NCBI GenBank assembly: GCA_002269645.1
Contig: NIVC01002934.1
Coordinates: forward strand, 62,001 to 126,000
Length of the DNA: 64,000 nucleotides
Source: Macrostomum lignano
Taxonomy: Eukaryota
Direction: 5' to 3'
The position numbers and the translations under genes are program-made. Below, in pieces: positions 1 to 10,200 of this stretch (position 1 is its first letter; every line of letters begins with the position of its first letter). The notes under the pieces are model-generated. The model was not told the DNA's origin. It did no database searches and saw only the letters and a program-made list of their open reading frames with translations.

Positions 1-159
1 CCATATTCAACCGGATGAATCTCATTATAACATGGAAGCCCTGTGGAGAATCTTGACAGCAATTGCAGCAGTTCTGATGCAGACCTTCGGCAGGTCAGCA
101 GGCCAAAGCGAGAGCGTTAATGAGACTGAGCAGGAGATCCTGGAAGCCATTATGCTAGA

Positions 160-533
160 TGTTGTGTCGTGTAACCTGACAGACCAACTTAATGATAGAT
201 AATATTTTACGCTAATATTTCTACTATAACGTAAATGCTAACTATATTAATATTATTATTGTCTATTACTTATACTGCCACTTTAAGTAGAGTAGTTGAA
301 AAATTATCTGTACAATGTATTATTAATCACGCGATATCTCTAGCTCATGAATTTATCGATCGTGCAGTTTTTCTAGTGTAGTTAAAATATCGATCATGTA
401 GTTTTTCTAGTGTAGTTAAAATATCGATCATGCAGTTTTTCTTAAATACCAAAATATAAATAAAGCAACTGTGCGCACCTAGCACTTTACTTTTCAACTC
501 AACTGGAAAACTTCAAGCCTTGGCTACACACCA
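160..533 (+). repeat. 5' LTR
   Basis: Starts TGTTGTGT and ends ACACACCA. Carries an extra copy of a 34-bp internal unit relative to the 3' LTR, and has AATAAA near its 3' end. About 13 substitutions versus the 3' LTR by manual alignment. Confidence 0.92.
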
Positions 534-535
534 AC

Positions 536-548
536 TGGCGACGAGGAT
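536..548 (+). promoter_or_regulatory. Primer-binding site, probably tRNA-Ser(GCU)
   Basis: TGGCGACGAGGAT lies 2 nt after the LTR. It is complementary to the 3' end of metazoan tRNA-Ser(GCU) (...AUCCUCGUCGCCA), recalled from memory. Confidence 0.8.
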
Positions 549-618
549 CGACGAAGATGGCTCTCAACGTTAGCCCACCTGCACCATTTCTGCCAGCAAG
601 CGGAACACCGGCGGTCCC

Positions 619-3600
619 ATGGAACAGATGGCATTCGACTTCTACTGTCAAGCAGCCCAAATCTGGACACCCCGACCGGCAGGCGAAGAAGCCCTGACAG
701 ATGAGGCTAGGCGACTGGCGACGGTGTGCAAGAACCATCTACGGCACCTTCTCGGCTTCGAGGGGCAGCGGATGGCAAGGGCCCGAAATGCGATTGTCGA
801 CGGTCATACCTTCTGGCAAACCCGCGATCAGCTGACGACGGTATTTGGCGACCGACCAAGTGTGATGCTGGCGCGTCATCGATTCAGGGAGCAACAGCAG
901 CTGCCGGGCGAAGACGCAGTCACGTCCGTCGCAGCGCTACGAGAGCTATCAGCCACGTGCAGCTACGGACCTCTGGCAGACGAAATGATCCGTGACCAGC
1001 TTGCCCAGAAGACGAGCAGCACTCGAATTCGCGAGCGTCTTCTGACGGAGGACGCCGCCAGGCTGACACTAGAGCAAGCAGTTGTCATCGCGACTACGAT
1101 CGAGAACGCGGCGGCAGGCAGCAAGGCGATGGCGGCGACCAGCTCCTTTGAGAGCGTCCAGACGGTGCAGCAAGCAGCGAGGCGACAGGGCCCCGGCAGC
1201 GCTCCGCCCGACAGCAGGTCGCAGCATCCGGCCAAAAGCTCCTGCACCCGATGCGGACGGAGCCACGAGGCCAAGGCGAAGTGTCCCGCGCACGGCAAGA
1301 AATGCAACAGTTGCGGGAAATTGAACCACTCCAGTCGATGCTGCCGCAGCAAGGCACTCCAAGTCAGCGCAGACGAGACGGTCACGATCTACGCGGTCCA
1401 TGGCGGCGACGAGATCAGAGTCGAGCTGCTGCTGGGCGACTGCTTGAAGACAGTCAGCCTGATGGTCGACTGCGGCGCCAAAGTTTCTCTGCTCAACGAG
1501 GCTACGGCGAGAAGTCTGAGCGACATCGATCTAAAGCCATCGGCAGTGCAGCTACGAGCTTACGGCGGGAAGAAGATCGCCGTCGCAGGGCTCGCAACAG
1601 TCTGCGTCAAGTACCGCAGCCAAGAACTGCAACACGACTTTCACGTCACTAGGTCGGGCGAAAATATCGTCGGCCGCGATCTGATGCAGAAGCTGGGCAT
1701 CCAAGTGCAACTCCAACCTTGCGATGCCAACATCGGAATTGCCAACGTGCAGGACATCGCCAGCGAGTTCCCAGCGGTCTTCGACGGAGCAATCGGTCTC
1801 TGCAGAGGAGCGGTGCACCAACCGAGAATCAACACGGCCGTGCAACCAGTGCAGCAGCCGCTGCGCCGCCTGCCACTCGCCAAGCAGCAACAGGTCGGCG
1901 AGGAGCTCAACCGTCTGGAGGCAGCAGGCATCATCGAGCGGGTCAACTCGAGCCCATGGATTTCCAATCTTGTCGTGGCGAACAAGAAAGACGGCAGCAT
2001 TTGAGTGTGCATCGACGTGCGCGAACCAAATAAGTCGCTGGTCATCGACCGACACCCGATGCCGCAGCTGGACGAGATCTCCGCGAAGATCAAGGCGGCC
2101 GGCAGCCACGTGTTCTCCAAGATCGACCTCAAGGCAGGCTACATGCAGATGCAGCTACATCAGTCATCACGCAACCTGACGACCTTCATTACGCACCAGG
2201 GCTTGTACCGTTACTGCCGGGTGCCGTTTGGCCTAGCCTCTGCTCCGGCGGCCTTCCAGAGGATGCTGGACGACCTGGTGGCCCATCTGCCCGGAGTGGA
2301 GCACATCTTGGATGACTTCATCGTCTTCGGAGCAACTGAGGCCGAACACGACTCAAGGCTGCGAGCTCTGCTGAAGCGACTGGAGGACGCCGGCCTCACC
2401 GCCAACAAGGACAAGTGCGAGCAACGGAAGACCGAGATAGAGTTTTTCGGCTTCGTCTTCTCGGCAGACGGCATCCGGCCATCCGAGTCCCAGACCAAGG
2501 CTTTCAACGAGCTGCGCGCACCGAAGAGCAAGAAGGAGCTTCAGGCGTTCCTCGGATCGGCTAATTATCTGATGCGGTTCGTTCCCCATTTCGCCGAGGT
2601 CACGACGCCGCTGAGGCCTCTACTCAAGGGCGATGCCGAGTTCGAATGGACAGCTGAGTGCGAGCGAGCCTTCCAGGCGCTGAAAGCGGCAATCTACAAT
2701 CCGCCGGTCCTGGCGCATTTCGACCCCGACGCTGAGACAATCGTCACCAGCGACGCCAGCGCCGAGTCCCTGGACGCACAGCTGTCACAGATTCAAGACG
2801 GCATAGAACGACCGATCGGATTCGCGGCACGTGCGCTGACGGAGACCAAGAAACTATACGCTGCGAACGAGCGAGAGGCACTGGCGAGCCTGTGGGCCAT
2901 GGAAAAGGGGCACTACTACCTGTACGGGCGCCATTTCGAGCTGCGAACGGATCCCCAGGCCCTGCGACAGCTGCTGATGGGACCCAGCGGCACCGGACAT
3001 CGGCCACTGCGCATTCACAGGTGGTTTGACCGATTTCAGCAGTACGACTTCCACATGCGCTACCTCCCGGGGAGTCGCAACTTGGTGGCCGACATGCTGT
3101 CGAGATGGAGCTGCGGGTCGGACATGAACGTCGTCCAATTGCCGGACACCGCGATGCCTCGACTCCGAATCGTTACACCACAGCGGCTAGCAACGGCCAC
3201 CGCAGAGGACACGATACTGCGCGAAGTCATTCAGCGAGTTACCACCGGCAACTGGAGTTCGGCCAAGGACACCGAGTCGCAGCCGTACTTCAAAGTCGGA
3301 GAGCATCTCAGCATCTGGCAAGACGGCTCCTGCCTGGCCTTCCAAGACTCCAAGACCGCGCTGTCATCCCACAGGACCTGCGGCGTGAGCTTCTGGAGTC
3401 CGCGCATACGAGACACCCGGGGGTGGTGCGTACCAAGCAGCTGCAGCTTCGCGAGTTCGCCTGGTGGCTGAGGATGGACGCCGACGTCGAGACGTTTGTT
3501 AGAGACTGCGGCGCCTGCGAGACTGCGGAGAAGAATTTCAAGCTGCGACCGGCTCCGCTGCAGCCCCTGCCATGGCCAGATTCGCCGTGGACAGAGATCG

Positions 3601-3800
3601 CCATCGACATCGTGGGTGAACTGCAGGCAGCGCCGGCGTCGTCACGATTCCTACTGGTCATCACGGATCTGCACAGCAAGTGGCAGGAGGTCTTCGCGAC
3701 TTCAAGCATCACCACCGACACGGTCTGTAAGGTGCTACGCAGTCTGTTCGCACGCTGGGGCCTCTGCGAGAAGGTCCTCACCGACAGCGGACCTCAGTTC
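619..3800 (+). pseudogene. Gypsy gag-pol polyprotein, inactivated: nonsense codon at 2002-2004, frameshift near 3350, integrase truncated at 3800
   Basis: CCHC knuckles (CTRCGRSHEAKAKC, CNSCGKLNH), protease LMVDCGAKVS, RT motifs DLKAGYMQ, PFGLASAP and ILDD, RNase H DASA and FELRTD, integrase H-H/C-C (HTRH...CGAC), IAIDIVG and TDSGPQF. Similarity stops abruptly after TDSGPQF. Confidence 0.93.
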
Positions 3801-4229
3801 GGCTGTAGAGATCTCCAAACATGGTAGCCTACTAGAAGTAGTAAGATAAAATTATGAGCACAAATTTAAAAATAGCTATGTGTCATACTCTATGTGTCAT
3901 ACTTTACCAGTAATATCACGCAAACAGCGACTGGCTATGCTATTGTTCGAAAAAAACCGGTTCTCGACATCTATTTTTAGAACTTCCAAATATGGTAAAT
4001 GTTAACCTGAATGTGACCCAAGTCTCACCCCTTTCAAAAACCCCACCTGTCAAATAATAAAATTCCTTTCGTGAACTCATCAAAAAACCGGTTTTGAGCT
4101 CAAGGCCGACTCAAGGCCGACAAACTGTGTATAAATACAAACGAAAAATTCGAGCTGAAATCTCAGACTCGGTGTAGAATGTTCTACCTCCCGTAAAAAA
4201 GGAAAAGGAAGTTAATCGTAGGATGCTAC

Positions 4230-5775
4230 TGTAAGTAAGTAAGTACACGCATGCACACCTAAATTTTAAATGAATCACGTTACCAGATAAGTTGTTACCA
4301 GAAAAATACGCAATGAGCCATGTTCCCCTTTTAGCGCAACACGTGAGTTGTAATGCTGCTATTTTGGACTGAAAAAGCGCCTATAAATACAAGCGGTCCG
4401 GAACGGACCCGGAGCCAACAAAATCTCCGAGAGAGAAGCTCCGAAGAGGAAGCTCTGCAGCAGACTTCCTACAGCAACTCGAGACTTGGTCGAGTTCTTG
4501 CGGTAAGCCTTACTCATTTTCGCCGTTGTGTTAGAGACGTCTCGCTCAAGTCTAGTGTGACTTGAGTTTATTTGAGTCTGTTGAGACTCTTGAGTCTAGT
4601 TAGACTCCACTGGTTGCAGTCTCCAGAAGGACTGCCCCTGATAGATCTTAGAAGACTATCAGTGGATTCCGGAGCTATTCCTAGAGTGCATAGAGGCACT
4701 GCTAGAAGGAGAAGGCTTAGACGATACCGCAGTTTGGCGCAGGGATCCCATTGTTAATTTGGAAGCTTCCTACTGGTCCGAGCGACAGAATCTGGCCGGA
4801 ACTATTTCTAAGGAAGAAAGAAGACTCGGACCCGATCTACGAACGCAAGTCAGAAGTTGACTGCACGATATTGACGAGAACTACCCGAGAACTACTTCGA
4901 GATATCTCCTAAGGACTCAAGGTAATTGAATACCTTCTGTTGACTTACTGGGTTGCCTAGCTACTGAGCTAGAAGTGATTGTTCCTTGATTACAGTTGAG
5001 GACTGGTAATAAGGAACACATCAATTGGTGAAGATACACTTTGCGGGACGCCGCATAAGTGCGAAATCAGCAAGCGAACAAAACAAGTTCATTTAAGGAC
5101 AACCAGTGGCAGCAAGCCGCAACTCCATTCGAGGCCAGCGAATAACAGATCGACGCCACAAGACAATTCGTTACAGTCGAGGTTTATTCCGAGGCAAACA
5201 CCACACTGGACGATCCGTTACAAATCGATCCAGATCTTGAACTACCGTTCTATCCCATCAACAACATGGCGCGGCGCAATCCAACGGTGCACAGAGACAT
5301 CAAAGAAACAGTCGGCACCTTTTCGATGGAGAAGGACTTAAACACTTTCGTTGACCATTTCGATCTGGTATGTAGGGAATACAACCTACAAAATCCAGAA
5401 AAGGCACAGCTGCTGCTACCTCTTCTCCAAGAAATTTACGGCAAGCTGGAGGCGGCAACACAGCAAAATTATCCAGCACTAATCATTCAACTGCGCGCGC
5501 ATTTCAACCGTTGCGGCACAAACAGATCAGTGCTGCTGCACAAGTTACGTAACAGGAGGATGCAAGCAACGGAATCCTTCCTCGCCTCTGTGGACGATAT
5601 CCGCCAGATAATTAAGGCACTGCATCAGCCACCGCTGCAAGCTGCGGACCAACCGCCACTGGGTGCGGCAGAATTGGCCGCCAGAGAAAGACAGCGATTG
5701 ATGGATCGCGAACAAAACCTAATCTTGCACATAATAATCAAGGAATATTGCGTCATATGTTACCTTTGGAGATAG
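4230..5775 (+). mobile_element. Probable fragment of a second, nested LTR retroelement: unpaired LTR-like segment plus truncated gag-like ORF at 5266-5775
   Basis: A TG...CA bounded segment (4230-5023) with a TATA-like CTATAAAT at 4381, then TGG at 5026 in PBS position. The ORF has capsid-like wording (FVDHFDLVCREYN, QLRAHF, KLRNRRMQATESFLASVDDIRQI). No partner LTR is present. Confidence 0.5.
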
Positions 5776-5976
5776 AACGGCATCTACGAGAATTTTTGCA
5801 TGCCCATAATGCGTTTCACTGGACATTACATGTATACTGCCACGCGCTCAAACGATTAATTTTATCACGTAGTTATTTCATATGGCTCTTTCGATCTACC
5901 CAATAGAACATATACTTGTTACGCACATCGAATAATCCTCAACCGTTCTAATTATAACTATACCTACCGCCCACAG

Positions 5977-6348
5977 ATGGCCGAGATGGATACCTGCCCT
6001 TGCTGCCTCGAGGCACGGGAGCCGATGCTTCCGACTTGTGAATGGGGGCACCGGGTGTGCTTCCCCTGCGACGAGCGGGCACGAGAAATTGGCGAAGTGA
6101 CCATTCTTTCCGCCTGCCCGGTCTGTCGCAGGCCGCGGGTCCAGTGCGCCCTCTGCGGTGACCAGCCCAATGTCCAAGTATGTACAAATCGGCATTGGGT
6201 ATGCTTCAGCTGCCTCCAGCGGTACGGGGCACGTGACATCATGACGTGCACCGTGTGTCTGGCTCCGCTGACCAACACAGCGTCTGTGCTGCTGGCGCCG
6301 ATGATGGCTATACCAGAGCTGACGCTGGCGTTGTGTCGTGTAACCTGA
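5977..6348 (+). CDS. Intronless ORF with two tandem C3HC4 RING fingers; its last codons and stop lie inside the 3' LTR
   Basis: Ring 1: CPCC-x10-C-x3-H-x2-CFPC-x15-CPVC. Ring 2: CALC-x8-C-x3-H-x2-CFSC-x11-CTVC. GC-rich. Confidence 0.75.
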   Translation: MAEMDTCPCCLEAREPMLPTCEWGHRVCFPCDERAREIGEVTILSACPVCRRPRVQCALCGDQPNVQVCTNRHWVCFSCLQRYGARDIMTCTVCLAPLTNTASVLLAPMMAIPELTLALCRVT

Positions 6349-6676
6349 CAGACCAACTTAATGATAGATAATATTTTACGCTAATATTTCTACTATAACG
6401 TAAATGCTAACCATATTATTATTATTTATTGTCTATTACTTATACTGCCACTTTAAGTAGAGTAGTTGATAAATTATCTGTATAATGTATTATTAATCAC
6501 ATGATATCTCTAGCTCTTTAATTTATCGATCGTGCAGTTTTTCTAGTGTAGTTAAAATATCGATCATGCAGTTTTTCTTAAATAACAAAATATCAATAAA
6601 GCAACTGTGCGCATCTAGCACTTTACTTTTCAACTCAACTGGAAAACTTCAAGCCTTGGCTACTGGCTACACAACA
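6329..6676 (+). repeat. 3' LTR
   Basis: Direct repeat of 160-533. The first base is C rather than T, there is a 7-bp duplication near the end, it ends ACACAACA, and the TSD CTAGA follows. Confidence 0.92.
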
Positions 6677-6683
6677 CTAGAAA

Positions 6684-6945
6684 ATGAAACGATACCTGCA
6701 GAAGACTTCTAACGTTGATAGTCTCTTCAGCATCCATAAGACAACATTATCACCACTTCACTTTGCATGTGAAATGGAAAAATTAAAAACTATCCAGCTG
6801 TTTATTCAAAGACAAGCTGACGTCAATCTTCAACGTACACTGGCTCGTCACCTCTCTACATGGCATCACAGAATGGTCACCACCAAGTTGTGAGCTCACT
6901 CGTCAAAGCACAAGCTGACGTCAATCTTCAAGAAGTCGGTGGCTG
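6684..6945 (+). pseudogene. Ankyrin-repeat remnant, frameshifted
   Basis: SPLHFACEMEKLKTIQLFIQRQADVNLQ in one frame, then GSSPLYMASQNGHHQVVSSLVKAQADVNLQ in another. Both fit the ankyrin consensus. Confidence 0.65.
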
Positions 6946-7290
6946 CTCCTACGACAGACAGACACGTTCAAAAGCAACAAAACAAATCACGAACCTACCG
7001 AAAGACCATTTTTAGTATATTGGATTCGATCTCTGCTCCTTGAATACAGAGAGAGGGCTCTCAATATTTAATGTATTACTGTGAGCGAACATAAAGCTAA
7101 TAGTAGGCTACAATGCTTGTAGAAAGTTCTGCATCGCGCGTGTTATTAATAATACTTGTAAAATGTTTGTTTCTTGGTTCAAAAGTTGTGTGGCCTAATA
7201 AATGAAAACAAAATGTTGGAGTGACTGTTTCTACTCAGTCTTAATCCCGTTTTATCCGGCTTTAAGAAAATTATCATTACTGCTGACTTG

Positions 7291-10200
7291 CTAAGACTGT
7301 CCAGTCATGTTGATAATCATCACCAGAGTTCCGGCAATGCAGCTGCCCTGAAAATCAGAACGAAAGATGGAATGTGTTTGTTGGCTGTAGTTGTGTGCAC
7401 GTTTTTTATGGTGTAGATACCGCAACAATGTATTTGATGGACTAGTGTGAATTTTGAAAAATATGGCGAGTCTCTTTTTTGCTGTCGTACCTGCAAAAGA
7501 AAGCCTGCAACAGTATCGAAGACGACGGTCCAAATTCTGGTCGATATTCCTTTGTTGAAGCTCGTTACACAGTCCTGCGGAATGGTTAGTGATGAACTGT
7601 GTAATGTACAAGTTTTATAGAAAAGTTTTTAATTAATATAATGTTGGTGTCTTCTAAAACATCTGGTGCAGTTCGGGTTACTGGTGATATGTTGGTGTCC
7701 TGTGAAGGAGCTGGTGATGTGCTGGTGTCTTGTGGAGGAGCTGGTGATGTGTTGGTGTCTGGTGGAAGAGCTGGTGATGTGCTGGTGTCTTATGGAAGAG
7801 CTGGTGATGTGTTGGTGTCTTGTGGAATAGCTGGTGATGTGTTGGTGTCTTATGAAAGAGCTGGTGATGTGTTGGTGTGTTGTGGAACAGCTGGTGATGT
7901 TTTGGTGTCTTGTGGAAGAGCTGGTGATGTTTTGGTGTCTTGTGAAAGAGCTGGTGATGATGTGTTGGTGTCTTGTGGAAGAGCTGGTGATGATGCTGGT
8001 GTCTTGTGGAAGAGCTGGTGATGTGTTGGTGTCTTGTGGAAGAGCTGGTGATGATGCTGGTGTCTTGTGGAAGAGCTGGTGATGTGTTGGTGTCTTGTGA
8101 AATAGCTGGTGATGTGTTGGTGTCTTATGAAAGAGCTGGTGATGTGTTGGTGTGTTGTGGAACAGCTGGTGATGATGCTGGTGTCTTGTGGAATAGCTGG
8201 TGATGTGTAGGTGTCTTATGGAAGAGCTGGTGATGTGTTGGTGTCTTGTGGAATAGCTGGTGATGTGTTGGTGTCTTATGAAAGAGCTGGTGATGTGTTG
8301 GTGTGTTGTGGAACAGCTGGTGATGATGCTGGTGTCTTATGGAAGAGCTGGTGATGTGTTGGTGTCTTGTGGAAGAGCTGGTGATGATGCTGGTGTCTTG
8401 TGGAAGAGCTGGTGATGATGCTGGTGTCTTGTGGAAGAGCTGGTGATGATGCTGGTGTCTTGTGGAAGAACTGGTGATGATGCTGGTGTCTTGTGGAAGA
8501 GCTGGTGATGTTTTGGTGTCTTGTGGAAGAGCTGGTGATGATGCTGGTGTCTTGTGGAAGAGCTGGTGATGTTTTGGTGTCTTGTGGAAGAGCTGGTGAT
8601 GATGCTGGTGTCTTGTGGAAGAGCTGGTGATGTTTTGGTGTCTTATGGAAGAGCTGGTGCAGTTTAGTTTGATAGGGTTGTGTGCTAGAAAATCAAGCCA
8701 GTCCACCCCACGCAGTGAAACTTGCATATATGTGCACAAACTGCTTCTCTCGAGCCTCCTTGAGGTTCTTGGCCTCTCTGCACTCCCGACGGAGTCTGAT
8801 GCAGCAGGAGTCTGGCAGAGTATTCCTTTTGTCTCCAAGAGTGTACCAGGGCGACTTGATGAATAAATTTTCACCCTCATCGTTGCTGAAGCCGCAGCAC
8901 CTCTCCTGTTTTAAGGTTGAGCATGAAAGCCAGGTAATGACTCGATAAATAAAAGTCTTTACTTTGTATAGGCATCGAGGCCAGCTGTTATATGCTTTCG
9001 ACAGTTTTTTAATGAGTTGATATGGGACTTCAATTAGAATGAGGGGATTAGTGAGATGCTGAGGCTTACATGGGGGATTGCTGAGATGCTGAGGCTTACA
9101 TGGGGGATTGCTGAGATGCTGAGGCTTACATGGGGGATTGCTGAGATGCTGAGGCTTACATGGGGGATTGCTGAGATGCTGAGGCTTACATGGGGGATTT
9201 CTGGGATGCTGAGGCTTACAGGGGGGATTGCTGAGATGCTGAGGCTTACATGGGGGATTGCTGAGATGCTGAGGCTTACATGGGGGATTGCTGAGATGCT
9301 GAGGCTTACATGGGGGATTGCTGAGATGCTGAGGCTTACATGGGGGATTGCTGAGATGCTGAGGCTTACATGGGGGATTGCTGAGATGCTGAGGCTTACA
9401 TGGGGGATTGCTGAGATGCTGAGGCTTACATGGGGGATTTCTGGGATGCTGAGGCTTACAGGGGGGATTGCTGAGATGCTGAGGCTTACATGAAGGATTT
9501 CTGAGATGCTGAGATGCTGAGGCTTACATGGGGGATTGCTGAGATGCTGAGGCTTACATGGGGGATTGCTGAGATGCTGAGGCTTACATGGGGGATTGCT
9601 GAGATGCTGAGGCTTACATGGGGGATTGCTGAGATGCTGAGGCTTACATCGGGGATTGCTGAGATGCTGAGGCTTACATGGGGGATTGCTGAGATGCTGA
9701 GGCTTACATGGGGGATTGCTGAGATGCTGAGGCTTACATGGGGGATTGCTGAGATGCTGAGGCTTACATGGGGGATTGCTGAGATGCTGAGGCTTACACG
9801 GGGATCGCTGAGATGCTGAGGAGTGTGGTTTATGGGGGGTTGCTGGCAGGCCAACTGTAGTTATTAAACTGTATACACTCTCTATAATAAATCATACATG
9901 TGTACTGGAGTCTAGCCTACTCAGTAGTAGTTACTATAGTTTATTATTTATTTGAACAGAGCCATTTGCTTTATTAGAGGCAGGGGGGTTGTGTGCACCC
10001 TGGCGCACTTTAAGCGACATAGGCACACAACCGGCGAGAGGCATTACTGCCCATTCCGCCGACTCCCCAGAGCAGACACACAAGCGCGCGGATACGTACG
10101 CAGGCACACACTTACACAGGAGTGTACGGCGGCCCTAACTTTATATTATCGTTAGGCATGTACACTTCACTGCGCCTTGGGGGGGGGGGTGGCTCTCAAG

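Larger units (their letters stand above)
160..6676 (+). mobile_element. Ty3/Gypsy LTR retrotransposon, defective, with a rearranged 3' internal region
   Basis: Two ~350-bp direct repeats at 160-533 and 6329-6676. The outer ends are an inverted pair, TGTTGTGT...ACACAACA. The 5-bp target-site duplication CTAGA is at 155-159 and 6677-6681. Internal order is gag-PR-RT-RH-IN. Confidence 0.93.

Noticed and set aside
2002-2004. In-frame TGA between the gag-protease and RT ORFs as a programmed readthrough site
   Set aside because: It falls inside the conserved RT motif DGSI-R-VCID, where Arg is expected. A CGA-to-TGA mutation explains it, and the element has other lesions.
3968-3984. TCTATTTTTAGAAC shared with 16648-16720, and the palindrome CACTATAGTG near 16638
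   Set aside because: The matches are short and AT-rich with no extended homology or paired termini; insufficient to call an element or a CACTA footprint.
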